A DNA stretch of 64,000 nt, taken from positions 1,066 through 65,065 of the forward strand of contig CAZFKP010000014.1 of assembly GCA_964518725.1 (NCBI GenBank). The letters run 5' to 3'. The position numbers and the translations under genes were made by a program. Each line of letters starts with the position of its first letter. Position 1 is the stretch's first letter. The notes under the pieces were generated by a model. The model saw only the letters and a list, made by a program, of their open reading frames with translations, made no database searches and had not been told where the DNA came from. This DNA is from an uncultured Rickettsiales bacterium. Its GTDB lineage: Bacteria > Pseudomonadota > Alphaproteobacteria > Rickettsiales > SXRF01. This document shows positions 8,291-18,247 of this stretch, piece by piece.

Positions 8291-9109
8291 GTGCTCGTTA
8301 TCGTCGCACTCTTAGTCGGTGGTGTTATCGTCGGGCGCGAAATGATCGCCAACGCCCAGATGCGCTCCTCCATGACTGCGATCGAAGCCTATAAAACGGC
8401 ATTCGGCGCATTCCGCGGGAAATATAATTGCCTGCCCGGCGACTGCACCAATGGCGTCAACTTCGGTGTGGCAAGCGTCAACGGCAACGGCAACCAACAG
8501 ATTGATGGCATACGCACACCAGGCAGTACTACCGGTGGACAACTATCGCTGTGCACCAGCTGTGGTGCAGCAATCAGTAGTGGTGGCGTTTATCCACCCT
8601 TCAGCGAAATTAGCATGGCGCTGGAATCGCTTTCAAGAGCCAAGTTGGTTAAGGATGATTTGGTTGTGTTCACCGCCAGCGCCACCTCTTATTATGGCAC
8701 CTCCAAACTGTTTCCGAAACTGGCAACGCAGGCGCATGCGACCTTTTTTCCAGCCTCCCACAATGGCATCACTTATTTTCGTACTATTGTAGGTAATGCT
8801 GGCGCTGATGGATCGATGTATTTTTCTGGCTATGCCCTTAGTCCAATACAAGCAGCAAATCTCTCCCAGAAACTTGGTGATGGTAGCGTCGGGCGTAATT
8901 TTACTTCCTTCGCAATCACATCCCAAGCTGCTGGTGCTAATAGCGCGAACACAGACGGTGGAAACTACAACATGTTTGCCTCCTTGCCGAACCTTAAATC
9001 ACTGGTGTCGAACGCTGCAATCTCCTGCGTCAATGATACCGTTACACCCTATATTTGGGACACGTCCAATAACAACGCTGCCTGCGACCTGATGTTTCGG
9101 ATTCAGTAA
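8291..9109 (+). CDS. prepilin-type N-terminal domain protein (pseudopilin-like) with missing leader; possible pseudogene or frameshift
   Basis: The track ORF starts at GTG 8291, but the frame is open from stop TAA 8252-8254. It reads QQH-G-FTLVELSIVLVIVALLVGGVIV from Gly 8264, a classic class III signal/cleavage motif. There is no ATG/GTG/TTG between 8255 and 8290. The only ATG (8262) is in another frame. Confidence 0.6.
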   Translation: MLVIVALLVGGVIVGREMIANAQMRSSMTAIEAYKTAFGAFRGKYNCLPGDCTNGVNFGVASVNGNGNQQIDGIRTPGSTTGGQLSLCTSCGAAISSGGVYPPFSEISMALESLSRAKLVKDDLVVFTASATSYYGTSKLFPKLATQAHATFFPASHNGITYFRTIVGNAGADGSMYFSGYALSPIQAANLSQKLGDGSVGRNFTSFAITSQAAGANSANTDGGNYNMFASLPNLKSLVSNAAISCVNDTVTPYIWDTSNNNAACDLMFRIQ

Positions 9110-10498
9110 CTACCAGCCCTTGGGCACGTAGTGCGGGGCGACCCGAACCTGATTGCGACCATTGCGCTTGGCAGAATAGAGCGCCTCGTCGGCGCGCTTG
9201 ATGAGCGCCTCGGCGGAGTCACCGTCGGGATGCGAGTTGGCGATGCCGATACTGATGGTTTTGTGGATCGTCTCGCCATTGGCACCCACCACGAATGGGC
9301 TTTTCTCCACCAGTTCGCGCATACGGTTCGCCGCGCCCAACGACGATTGTTCATCGGTTTCCGGCATCAGCACCACAAACTCCTCGCCGCCGAACCGCGC
9401 CGCAAGATCGGTAGAACGCGAGATACGCATGATGAGTTCGGCAAGCTGTTTCAGCACCCGGTCGCCGACATCGTGGCCATAGGTGTCGTTCACCTCCTTG
9501 AAGTGATCCATGTCCATAATCATCAGCGAAATCACCTTGCCGCTTTTCACCGACTGCCGCACCATGTTCTCAAGGTGGGTGTTCAGGAAGTGGCGATTGT
9601 AGAGTCCCGTTAACCCATCGGTCAGCGCCATCGAAACGCTTTTCTGGTATTGGGTTCTCAGCGCATCCTGATAGCGCTTGCGGCGAATCTGCGTCCGCAC
9701 GCGGGCAAGCATTTCATTCTTATCGACCGGCATGGTCATGTAATCGTTGATGCCCATCTCAAGCGCCTTCAACATCAGACGCAGATCGTCTTCATCGACC
9801 AAGACCAAGAGCGGCACATTACGGGTTTCTTCCTGGCTTTTAATCTGCGACGCAAGGCGCAACCCATCGGCATCGGTGAGCACCGTGCTCATCAGGATCA
9901 TGTCGTAATTGCCTTCCTGCACTTTCGCCATCACCTGATCGGCCTCCTGAATCCAGTCCACCTGATAGGTTTCGGAAAGCTTGGCGGCGATTTGCTTGCC
10001 CTGCACCTGGTCATCATCGACCAGCAGGATTTTTGACCCCGATACATCCGACAGGAAGGTATTGTCGGTCGACGATATCCCCATCTGTACATTGGTTTTA
10101 TCGCGCAGGCGAAGCTCATCAAGCAGCACCTTGATCCGCACCAGCGACTTCACGCGGGCAAACAGCGCCATGTCGTTGATCGGTTTGGTCAGGAAATCGT
10201 CGGCGCCGACTTCCAGCCCTTTCAGGCGGTCGGATTTTTCGGAAAGTGCCGTGACCATCACCACTGGGATATGCGCCACCTCGGCGATTTCCTTCAGGCG
10301 CTTGCAGGTTTCAAACCCATCAATCCCCGGCATCATCACATCGAGCAGAATAATATCCGGCTTATGCTGCTTGGCAATTTCAATGGCCTCGTAACCGTCT
10401 TTCGCCGCGATCACATCGTAATATTCACTAGTGAGTTTTGCTTCCAGCAGCTTGACGTTGGCCGGCACATCATCGACAACAAGTATCTGCGCGGTCAT
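9110..10498 (-). CDS. pleD: response regulator diguanylate cyclase PleD (REC-REC-GGDEF)
   Basis: Track ORF is 9110..10582. I prefer Met29 ([19 protein letters not shown]), whose ATG overlaps the divK stop (ATGA). Two receiver domains, the I-site RSTD and the active-site GGEEF are present. Confidence 0.9.
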   Translation of the reverse strand: MTAQILVVDDVPANVKLLEAKLTSEYYDVIAAKDGYEAIEIAKQHKPDIILLDVMMPGIDGFETCKRLKEIAEVAHIPVVMVTALSEKSDRLKGLEVGADDFLTKPINDMALFARVKSLVRIKVLLDELRLRDKTNVQMGISSTDNTFLSDVSGSKILLVDDDQVQGKQIAAKLSETYQVDWIQEADQVMAKVQEGNYDMILMSTVLTDADGLRLASQIKSQEETRNVPLLVLVDEDDLRLMLKALEMGINDYMTMPVDKNEMLARVRTQIRRKRYQDALRTQYQKSVSMALTDGLTGLYNRHFLNTHLENMVRQSVKSGKVISLMIMDMDHFKEVNDTYGHDVGDRVLKQLAELIMRISRSTDLAARFGGEEFVVLMPETDEQSSLGAANRMRELVEKSPFVVGANGETIHKTISIGIANSHPDGDSAEALIKRADEALYSAKRNGRNQVRVAPHYVPKGW

Positions 10499-10875
10499 GC
10501 GATCGCTTCCTCGCCCAGGAAGCGCCGCACCGTCTCCATGAACGACACGATGGAAATAGGTTTTGAGAGGTAGGCTTCGCAACCGGCTGCAAGGATTTTT
10601 TCCTCATCGTCTTTCATGGCAAATGCCGTCACCGCCACAATCGGGATGTCACAAATACTCGCATCGGCCTTCAGGCGGCGCGTGACATCCAGCCCCGAAA
10701 TTTCCGGCAGCTGGATATCCATCAGAATCAAATCCGGGTGTTCGTGCTTGGTCAGCGTAATCGCCTCCAGCCCTTCTTTTGTCTCGATCGTATCGTAACC
10801 GTGCGCGGCCAGTAAATCGCGGAACAATTTCAAGTTGAGGTCGTTATCCTCGACGATGAGAATCTTTTTTTTCAT
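10495..10875 (-). CDS. divK: single-domain cell-cycle response regulator DivK
   Basis: 126-aa REC domain ([26 protein letters not shown]) immediately upstream of pleD, as in Caulobacter. Confidence 0.88.
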   Translation of the reverse strand: MKKKILIVEDNDLNLKLFRDLLAAHGYDTIETKEGLEAITLTKHEHPDLILMDIQLPEISGLDVTRRLKADASICDIPIVAVTAFAMKDDEEKILAAGCEAYLSKPISIVSFMETVRRFLGEEAIA

Positions 10876-11018
10876 GATCCCGTGGCGCTTACTTATGTTT
10901 TTTTGAAACGTATTCTATAGCCGTTATACGCAGGAAATTTTAACAAACCCCTAAGAACCCCCTGCCTTCTAATTCATTATGGCGTGCACATATTAAAATA
11001 TTGTATAGATTACGAATT

Positions 11019-11540
11019 ATGCCATTTGCACTCGATGCCGCCACCCTGCACCCCTCCACTGCCCTTGCGCTATCGGCGCTTGAGTGGCTGGAACACCGCA
11101 TTCACCCGGCAACCATCCTCGATATGGGATGCGGAAACGGCGTATTATCGCTGGCTAGCGTGCATCTGTGGGACGCCAGCGCGCTGGCCTGCGATATTTC
11201 AGAGGAAGCCCTGCGCGACACACGCGCCAATATCCGCCAATTCGCCGAACACGCCCCCATCACCACCTTACGCAGCGACGGCTTCAAGCACCCCGGCATC
11301 CGCCACCATGCACCCTATGACCTCATCCTCGCCAACCTGCTCGCCCAGTGGCAGGTGCAAATGGCGTGTGACATCAAAAACCACCTAAACCCCGGCGGGC
11401 ATGTGCTGCTTTCCGGCATGCTCTTGTGGCAGGAAAACGGGGTAGCCGACGCATTCCGAACCATTGATATCGATATAATTCATACGATTAGACACGAAGA
11501 CTGGGTGTGCCTCGTCGGGCAACATAAAATGGCTGGTTAG
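11019..11540 (+). CDS. SAM-dependent methyltransferase, PrmA C-terminal-domain-like (short form)
   Basis: Motif I ILDMGCGNGVLSL, plus DLILANL and GGHVLLSG, resemble L11 methyltransferase. At ~173 aa it lacks the N-terminal L11-binding domain. The start is taken at ATG 11019 rather than TTG 11001. Confidence 0.55.
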   Translation: MPFALDAATLHPSTALALSALEWLEHRIHPATILDMGCGNGVLSLASVHLWDASALACDISEEALRDTRANIRQFAEHAPITTLRSDGFKHPGIRHHAPYDLILANLLAQWQVQMACDIKNHLNPGGHVLLSGMLLWQENGVADAFRTIDIDIIHTIRHEDWVCLVGQHKMAG

Positions 11541-11595
11541 GCTTCACTTTTATTAATAAAGCTGTATAATACGCCTGTTCAACACAGGAGATGGC

Positions 11596-12285
11596 ATGGT
11601 ATCTGTCGACCAACATACGGCACAAATGCAGCAGACGCGCGCTGAGGCAGCGCGGGAAGCGGTGAGAGCCGGGCTTGCAGAGCGCCTGAAATACGGGCTG
11701 CGCCAGGCACGTGCGCGCTTTGAGCCACGGGCGCTGGCAGCCGAGTTGCGCTCCGCCCGCGAAATCGACAAGCTTCTGGAAAAAGATGCCTTTATCCGTG
11801 ATTTGCAAGGCTTGCCGCAAGCTGGTGTCACTGACTATATTGCACCTGCCTCCCTTCCGGAAACGGTTGACCCGAAAGCGACGGCACAAATTCAAAACCA
11901 AGCTCCTGTGACCGCAGCGCCCATCACACAAACCCGCCCGGTGGCACCACCACCACAGGCAGATGGCGCCCTTCCCGGCGGTAAAATACCCGGCGGCGCG
12001 GGCGTCGCCGACATGGTCGCCGGCGGCATCCGCAACCTTGTGAACGCCATCGGCTCGATGTTCTCGGCCATTTCCAGCGCCTTTATCGCCAAAAAACCAC
12101 CGGCAGGGGAAGCACCAGCCGCCGCCGCTCCAGCAGCTTCCAGCAAGCAGGAAGCACCCAGCCCCACGGAAAGCTCCGAACACCACGTGTCGGATGCCAT
12201 GAGTGGCCAGCTATCACCACCGCCTGCCGCTCCTGTGGCCAGCGCAGGGACTTTAAGTAAAAAACAAGGAAGCTCAGTAGCTTAA
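11596..12285 (+). CDS. hypothetical low-complexity (A/P/Q-rich) protein with one amphipathic/hydrophobic segment
   Basis: 229-aa ORF with CAGGAG 5 nt upstream. GVADMVAGGIRNLVNAIGSMFSAISSAFIA is flanked by Pro/Ala-rich linkers. No domain recognised. Confidence 0.55.
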   Translation: MVSVDQHTAQMQQTRAEAAREAVRAGLAERLKYGLRQARARFEPRALAAELRSAREIDKLLEKDAFIRDLQGLPQAGVTDYIAPASLPETVDPKATAQIQNQAPVTAAPITQTRPVAPPPQADGALPGGKIPGGAGVADMVAGGIRNLVNAIGSMFSAISSAFIAKKPPAGEAPAAAAPAASSKQEAPSPTESSEHHVSDAMSGQLSPPPAAPVASAGTLSKKQGSSVA

Positions 12286-12295
12286 TAAACGCCTG

Positions 12296-12318
12296 ATTGT
12301 GACACGCACTGTCACAAT
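12296..12318. repeat. perfect 9-5-9 inverted repeat ATTGTGACA-cgcac-TGTCACAAT
   Basis: Read directly from the sequence. It sits 11 nt after the stop of 11596..12285 and ~93 nt before the ATG at 12411. No U-tract follows, so it could be an operator or a stem-loop. Confidence 0.8.
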
Positions 12319-12410
12319 TGCCATTACAGGCGCTCCCTTGCGTAATAAAAGCTTCACTTGTTTGGCCTACAGTAAGCGCGGTATGATGGAACATAAGGAA
12401 ATGTGACCTG

Positions 12411-13634
12411 ATGCGCGTAGAAAAACCAGCCAATGAAGATGCTGTCCTGCCGACCCTGAGCGAAACGCTCCAGGCACGCTATAACTATTTCAAAGCCGCC
12501 GCCAACCGCGTCGGTGAAAAATTCCCCGACACCGATACGAAAATCTATACCCAGTACCTTTCGGATTACCTGACGACCGCACAGCAATTCAAGGTCGCGA
12601 CCAAAACTCCCGAAGGACAGCCGCTCGATCCGCGCTATGTCCGGGATCAGGTAAGCGCCATGGAAAACAAGCTGGCCAAGCGGTTCGACGAAAAATATCC
12701 CGTCTATGCCGCTGCCGGTGACGACAAGGGTGCGGCCGTCGCCGCCAAAAACATGCAGGCGCTCCGCCGCCTGAAAAGCGAAATCGACGGCGACAATATG
12801 TTCACCCGTTTCATCAAGGCGTTTTATGACGAAGACCGTGGCGGGTTTCAGTTCAGCAGTGTAACAGGTGGCATCATCGGGCTACTCACCGGCGGGCTGA
12901 TGGGCAGCTACTTGGCCGCCAATGCCGGTGCCATGGGCGCAGGTGGGGCAGGCACCGCTGCCATGGTATTGCTGGGCGGCGCCGGAATGGTGTTCGGCGC
13001 GCAGGTAATGTATAAGCTATTCAACCCACCCGCAACTGCAGGCACCGACCCGGCAAAACCAGCACCCGGCCAAGGCCAACAACCGGCGCAAGGCACCGCG
13101 CCCGGGCAACCCGCTCCAACGGTGTCAACCGCACGCTACCTGTTTACGCCAACGTCAACACAGATCGCCAGCGCACCGGCGAACACACAGTTTATCCCGG
13201 TCGTGCAGCATGGCGGCGGTCTCACGCAGCTTGCCGATAAGGATCCGCAAATGACCATCGATGGGCATTACGTGTTCGATGAGAATAACGCGCCCAAATT
13301 CCAGGTGCGGAATGCCAACATGCATACCACCTCCGGTAAGAAGCCGATTGGGGTTGATGGCGTTTTCCTCAGCTCTGACAAGGACGGGAAAATCAACCTC
13401 GCCGCATCCGAAAACATCGACGCGCTGAACCGGATGGATCAGGTCATCCTCGCCAGTGTCAGCCGGGCAAAAACGCGGATCGAACAAGCCCTGAATGAAC
13501 GCCACCCCGAGCGCGAACAAACCATTAAACTCTACGATGAGATCAGCAGCTCTGAAATCCTGAAACCTTCCTCAACCCCTATCCAGACAGGCGTTGATGG
13601 TACAACCAAACCACAAGAATCACCCGCACGATAA
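12411..13634 (+). CDS. hypothetical membrane protein with Gly-zipper bilobed hydrophobic hairpin
   Basis: 407 aa with AAGGA ~10 nt upstream. A soluble N-domain precedes aa ~151-204 (GGIIGLLTGGLMGSYLAANAGAMGAGGAGTAAMVLLGGAGMVFGAQVMYKLF). A P/Q/G linker and a C-terminal domain follow. No domain recognised. Confidence 0.65.
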   Translation: MRVEKPANEDAVLPTLSETLQARYNYFKAAANRVGEKFPDTDTKIYTQYLSDYLTTAQQFKVATKTPEGQPLDPRYVRDQVSAMENKLAKRFDEKYPVYAAAGDDKGAAVAAKNMQALRRLKSEIDGDNMFTRFIKAFYDEDRGGFQFSSVTGGIIGLLTGGLMGSYLAANAGAMGAGGAGTAAMVLLGGAGMVFGAQVMYKLFNPPATAGTDPAKPAPGQGQQPAQGTAPGQPAPTVSTARYLFTPTSTQIASAPANTQFIPVVQHGGGLTQLADKDPQMTIDGHYVFDENNAPKFQVRNANMHTTSGKKPIGVDGVFLSSDKDGKINLAASENIDALNRMDQVILASVSRAKTRIEQALNERHPEREQTIKLYDEISSSEILKPSSTPIQTGVDGTTKPQESPAR

Positions 13635-13643
13635 AAACTTTAG

Positions 13644-14423
13644 ATGAGATTGGAACAGACTATGTCAACACCCGGCCAAATGCTCGATAACCTGCTCACC
13701 TCCGTCCAGCAAGGCGCATACACCGTTGGTGGAAAAGCCTCGCAGCTAACAGGCGACGCCAAAAATTTCCTCGGCGGTTATGTGGAATGGGCGAAGAAAA
13801 GCCAAACGGCAAAAACGTTGGATGAATACCGTGCTTATTTAGCGTCGACCGGTACCACTGTTAGTAGCGACGTCTATAACACCAGCAAGGATTTCATGGC
13901 CAACACCGACACCGGGAAAGCCCTGCAAGCCGCATGGAAATCTGTGGTGGATACAGTGTCCGGCGGCGCCAAGAAAGATGGCAAAGACGACAAACACGAT
14001 GCCCCACAGCAAACCGGGTTCTTCGCAGAAAACCGCGTCGGCATCATCACCGGCGCCTTTGCAACCATCGCCTCAATCTTCCTGACCGGCAATCCGTTGA
14101 TCGCCCTGCTGGTCGGCGTGGCATCCGCCGCTGCCGGGAATTTTTTCTTCGACCAGGAAAACAGCTACCTCAAATCCTTCTTCCCAAAAACCTCGACGGC
14201 AACAACCACCAAAACGGCGGGCGCAGAAGAAGCCACATCAACACCAGCCCAGAATGCCGAACTGGTGCCAATCATTGGCAGGTTTGTACCCATGAATGTG
14301 CTGGAAGAAGCGAAAAAGAACGCAACCCCCAACGCAAGCGGCGGGGTTACCGTGCCTACCGGCGAAAATGCCGCGCCCCCACCTGTTTCTGCCACAGCAC
14401 CTGAGAATGTGAATGAGCGCTAG
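13644..14423 (+). CDS. hypothetical membrane protein with bilobed hydrophobic hairpin
   Basis: 259 aa (alternative start ATG 13662), beginning 9 nt after the previous stop. aa ~131-169 read [39 protein letters not shown]. The C-terminus is T/A/P-rich. Confidence 0.6.
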   Translation: MRLEQTMSTPGQMLDNLLTSVQQGAYTVGGKASQLTGDAKNFLGGYVEWAKKSQTAKTLDEYRAYLASTGTTVSSDVYNTSKDFMANTDTGKALQAAWKSVVDTVSGGAKKDGKDDKHDAPQQTGFFAENRVGIITGAFATIASIFLTGNPLIALLVGVASAAAGNFFFDQENSYLKSFFPKTSTATTTKTAGAEEATSTPAQNAELVPIIGRFVPMNVLEEAKKNATPNASGGVTVPTGENAAPPPVSATAPENVNER

Positions 14424-16357
14424 ACTTGCTTTTTCCCCGCGACCAGATCAGCGACGATTTCAGGATTGGTAAGCGTTGAGACATCGCCCAGATTCTCAGT
14501 TTCGCCCTCAGCGATTTTCCGCAAAATACGGCGCATGATTTTTCCCGAACGGGTTTTCGGTAATTGCGGTGTGAAGTGAATCACATCGGGCGTAGCAATC
14601 GCGCCAATCGCCGCACGCACATGTTTTTTTAAGTCGGCAGCAATCGCCTCACTACCGTCAATGCCGGCGGCAAGTGTCACGTAGCAGTAAATCCCCTGCC
14701 CTTTTACCGGGTGCGGCGTGCCCACCACCGCCGCTTCCGTCACGTGGTCATGGCCGACCAGTGCACTTTCCACTTCCGCCGTACCGATGCGGTGGCCGCT
14801 GACATTTAGCACATCATCCACCCGGCCGGTGATCCAATAATAACCGTCCTCGTCGCGTTTTGCGCCGTCTCCGGTGAAATATAATCCAGGATATTGCGAG
14901 AAGTAGGTTTGCTCAAACCGCGCATGATCACCGAACACGGTGCGCGCCTGTCCCGGCCATGAATCTTTGATGGAAAGCAATCCCTCGCATGCACCGTCAA
15001 GCGGCACGCCCTGCGGATCGGTAATGACCGGCTGCACCCCGAAATACGGAAACGCCGCCGCACCGGGCTTCAGCGCATGCGCGCCGGGAAGCGGCGTCAT
15101 CATGTGGCCGCCGGTTTCTGTTTGCCACCACGTATCGACAATCGGGCAGCGTGAATCCCCGACCACGCGCCAGCACCACAACCACGCTTCGGGATTGATC
15201 GGCTCACCGACGCTGCCAAGTAACCGCAGAGATTTTCGTGATGCCACTTTCACCGGCGCATCACCCTCGCGCATTAATGCGCGGATCGCCGTCGGCGCCG
15301 TGTAAAAAATCGTGACCCCGTGTTTGTCGATGGTTTTCCAGAACCGTGAACTGTCGGGATAATTCGGCACCCCCTCGAATAACAGGCTGACGGCGCCATT
15401 GAGCAACGGCCCATAGACACAGTAGCTATGCCCCGTCACCCAGCCGACATCGGCCGAACACCAGAATATATCGCCGTCACGATAATCGAAAGTGTTGAGG
15501 AACGTCATCCCCACCCACACCATGTAGCCGCCAGTCGTATGCAGGACGCCCTTGGGCTTGCCGGTAGAGCCGGAGGTATAAAGGATGAATAGCGGATCCT
15601 CCGCCTCCATGATGGTCGGAACACATACTGGCGCAGCCATTTCCATCGCCTCATGGTACCACGTGTCGCCCGCATTCCACGCCACTGCGCCACCGGTACG
15701 CTTCACCACAACGACTGATTCGACACCACCCGCGATCTTTATCGCCGCATCGACATTATTTTTGAGCGGAATATTCTTGCCGCCGCGCACGCCTTCATCA
15801 GCGGTGATGACGAGCTTGCTCGCGCAATCGCTGATACGCCCGGCCAGTGCTTCCGCCGAGAACCCGGCGAACACCACCGAATGGATGGCACCAATGCGCG
15901 CACAGGCAAGCATCGCCACCGCCGCCTCCGGGATCATCGGCAGGTAAATCGTGACGCGGTCGCCTTTCTGCACACCCTGCGCTTTCAGCACATTGGCGAA
16001 TTTACACACCGCGTCGTAAAGCTGCTGGTAGGTGATGTGCTGCGAATCTTCGGGATTATCGCCTTCCCAGATGAACGCCGTCTGGTGGGCACGGTGCGGC
16101 AAATGGCGATCAAGGCAGTTCTCAGTGATATTGAGCCGCCCGCCATCGAACCAGCGAATGGAGATAGCACCCTCCCGCAGATCAAAATTCGTAGCTTTCA
16201 CCGTGTGCCATGTCTGCCGCCATGCAAACTCGCTTGCCTGTGCCGCCCAGAAATGTTCCGGATCCGAAACGGACTCGGCATACATCTCGCAGTAGCGTTC
16301 CGGCGTGATCCGTGCATCACGCTTCCACGCTTCGGGGATGGGAACCAGCGTCGTCAC
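14420..16357 (-). CDS. acs: acetyl-CoA synthetase
   Basis: 645 aa with AMP-binding motif [15 protein letters not shown] and a typical Acs N- and C-terminus. GTG start overlaps the rapZ stop (GTGA). Confidence 0.96.
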   Translation of the reverse strand: MTTLVPIPEAWKRDARITPERYCEMYAESVSDPEHFWAAQASEFAWRQTWHTVKATNFDLREGAISIRWFDGGRLNITENCLDRHLPHRAHQTAFIWEGDNPEDSQHITYQQLYDAVCKFANVLKAQGVQKGDRVTIYLPMIPEAAVAMLACARIGAIHSVVFAGFSAEALAGRISDCASKLVITADEGVRGGKNIPLKNNVDAAIKIAGGVESVVVVKRTGGAVAWNAGDTWYHEAMEMAAPVCVPTIMEAEDPLFILYTSGSTGKPKGVLHTTGGYMVWVGMTFLNTFDYRDGDIFWCSADVGWVTGHSYCVYGPLLNGAVSLLFEGVPNYPDSSRFWKTIDKHGVTIFYTAPTAIRALMREGDAPVKVASRKSLRLLGSVGEPINPEAWLWCWRVVGDSRCPIVDTWWQTETGGHMMTPLPGAHALKPGAAAFPYFGVQPVITDPQGVPLDGACEGLLSIKDSWPGQARTVFGDHARFEQTYFSQYPGLYFTGDGAKRDEDGYYWITGRVDDVLNVSGHRIGTAEVESALVGHDHVTEAAVVGTPHPVKGQGIYCYVTLAAGIDGSEAIAADLKKHVRAAIGAIATPDVIHFTPQLPKTRSGKIMRRILRKIAEGETENLGDVSTLTNPEIVADLVAGKKQV

Positions 16358-17208
16358 GCCCCCCCCGGCGGTTTGGTTTCCCGATGGCGGACATCCACCG
16401 AATGCCCAGCCTTCGACAGGATTTCACCAAGGCGCTCGGCAACATAAACCGAGCGGTGGCGACCGCCCGTGCAGCCGATCGCAATGGTCAGGTAATGCTT
16501 CCCTTCAGCAACATAGCGCGGCAGCACCGGCAGCAGGAAATCGGTCAAGCGCTGCATGAACCCGGCATACCCCTCGTCGGTTTCAATATACGCCCCGACC
16601 GAGGGCGCAAAACCGGTGAGTTTTTTTAAGGACGGCTCGTAATACGGGTTCTTGAGGAAGCGCACATCGAACACTATGTCGGCTTCACGCGGCACACCAA
16701 GCCGGAAAGAAAACGACGTGATGGCCAGCACGAAATGCCGTGCGTCGCGGGCGAAATTCGCTGAAATAATATCGCGCAGCCCCGCCGATTCGGTCTGGCT
16801 GGTATCGAGCACCAGATCCGCCGAGGCACGCAATTTCTCAATCAACGCCCGCTCATGGCGAATGCCGTCCATCACCGTACGGTCAGTCGAAAGCGGATGG
16901 CGGCGGCGCGTTTCGGTATAACGCCTCCGCAGCACTTCATCGTCACAATCCAGGAACAGCAGCGATACCGAAAGCCCGGATTTTTTCTTGAGCTTACCGA
17001 GGATCGCGATGAAATTACTGGCGGAAAAATCACGGCTCCTTATGTCCACCGTGATCGCAAGGTTGCCCGAAAGCGCGCTGGACGATGCGATGTCCGGCAA
17101 ATAGGCCAGCGGCAGATTATCAATCGCCTCGAATCCAGCGTCTTCGAGCGTCTTCAGCGCCACGCCCTTGCCCGCCCCCGACATGCCGGTGATTAATACG
17201 AGTTTCAT
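16354..17208 (-). CDS. rapZ: RNase adapter protein RapZ (YhbJ family)
   Basis: 284 aa. Walker [22 protein letters not shown] and CTGGRHRSV are conserved RapZ motifs. Confidence 0.92.
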   Translation of the reverse strand: MKLVLITGMSGAGKGVALKTLEDAGFEAIDNLPLAYLPDIASSSALSGNLAITVDIRSRDFSASNFIAILGKLKKKSGLSVSLLFLDCDDEVLRRRYTETRRRHPLSTDRTVMDGIRHERALIEKLRASADLVLDTSQTESAGLRDIISANFARDARHFVLAITSFSFRLGVPREADIVFDVRFLKNPYYEPSLKKLTGFAPSVGAYIETDEGYAGFMQRLTDFLLPVLPRYVAEGKHYLTIAIGCTGGRHRSVYVAERLGEILSKAGHSVDVRHRETKPPGGA

Positions 17209-17300
17209 GATGTTCTATCCCCGAATTTCTTATCACACCACCATATCAAGCCGGCCACCGGCTTGCAACCGCCCGCTTACACACCGGGTTGAAAAATCGC

Positions 17301-17329
17301 TTGTCAACACCGTGCAACCTATTCATAAT
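17301..17329 (+). promoter_or_regulatory. putative sigma70-type promoter (TTGTCA-N17-CATAAT)
   Basis: -35 at 17301-17306 and -10 at 17324-17329, ~30 nt upstream of the GGAG/ATG of the PagL-like gene. Confidence 0.4.
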
Positions 17330-17359
17330 CTGGCAAATTATTACTCGGAGAAAACACGC

Positions 17360-17896
17360 ATGGCTGGATATTTATTACCGATCGCCCTTGGCTCTTCACT
17401 CGTCATCGGCACCATGGCTGAAAAGAACCCGTATGACACGGCAGGACAAAACGGTGCCTACCTTGTGCCGTATGCTGGCGGTTATAACGTGTTTTCGGAT
17501 AATGATGCGACCGACGGTGACAAAACCGCCGTGGTCGGCGGCGAGTACCGATTTGGTGCGATGAATTACGGCGTCCGCCCGGTGCTTGGCGCGCTGGTAA
17601 ACTTCAAGGGTGACAGCTATGGCTACGGCGGTTTCGTGGTCGATGTACCGCTCTATCAGGATCGCCTCTGGTTCATCCCGGGCGCTGCAGTCGGTGCCTT
17701 TGCCCATGGTAATGGCCGCGACCTTGGCGGCGTGTTGGAGTTCCGCACCAGCGCCGAGATCGCTTACCGCTTCGATAACAACCAGCGCATCGGCCTAGCG
17801 ATCGCACATTTATCGAATGCGAACATTTATGACCGCAACCCCGGCACGGAAACAATTACCGTCAACTACAGCATTCCGGTAGGCAGCCTCTGGTAA
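17360..17896 (+). CDS. lipid A 3-O-deacylase (PagL)-like outer-membrane acyloxyacyl hydrolase
   Basis: Track ORF is 17168..17896. I prefer ATG 17360 (GGAG upstream), giving a signal-like MAGYLLPIALGSSLVIGTMA. The sequence has a beta-barrel-like pattern, and the C-terminal GLAIAHLSNANI resembles the PagL His-Ser motif. Confidence 0.6.
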   Translation: MAGYLLPIALGSSLVIGTMAEKNPYDTAGQNGAYLVPYAGGYNVFSDNDATDGDKTAVVGGEYRFGAMNYGVRPVLGALVNFKGDSYGYGGFVVDVPLYQDRLWFIPGAAVGAFAHGNGRDLGGVLEFRTSAEIAYRFDNNQRIGLAIAHLSNANIYDRNPGTETITVNYSIPVGSLW

Positions 17897-18247
17897 CTAT
17901 TCGCGGCGGAGCGAATAAATCGCCGAGATGCTTTCAGCGAAGCGCATGACGCCAGGTTTCTCGACTTCCACTGTCACTTCGCGGGCGCGCTCAAACCCAA
18001 GCAACAGCTGGCAGACGAATACCGCCACGGTTTCGATCAATTGAAACTGGCGCTGGGCAAGCTCCGAGACCACCAGGTTCTCGATCAGCGCGTAATCATA
18101 GGCGTGGGCGATATTATCTTCCGCCACGGCCTGCTCATGGTCATAATCAATGATGATACTGAGCAACAGCGGGCGCGGCTGAGTCTTCTCAGCATCGTGG
18201 ATGCCGACGGTGGTCAGCGCCTTGAGTTTCTGTATGCGTAAAATCAT
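17897..18247 (-). CDS. folB: dihydroneopterin aldolase (FolB family)
   Basis: 116 aa. IQKLKALTTVGIHDAEKTQPRPLLLSIII..YDYALI matches the FolB fold pattern. A 4-nt overlap with the upstream SDR gene is an arrangement seen in alphaproteobacteria. Confidence 0.65.
   Translation of the reverse strand: MILRIQKLKALTTVGIHDAEKTQPRPLLLSIIIDYDHEQAVAEDNIAHAYDYALIENLVVSELAQRQFQLIETVAVFVCQLLLGFERAREVTVEVEKPGVMRFAESISAIYSLRRE

Noticed and set aside
10940-10954. CtrA-box-like TTAA-N7-CTAA upstream of divK-pleD.
   Set aside because: One half-site deviates from TTAA-N7-TTAA(C), and it is a single occurrence in AT-rich promoter DNA. It cannot be distinguished from chance without comparative or ChIP data.
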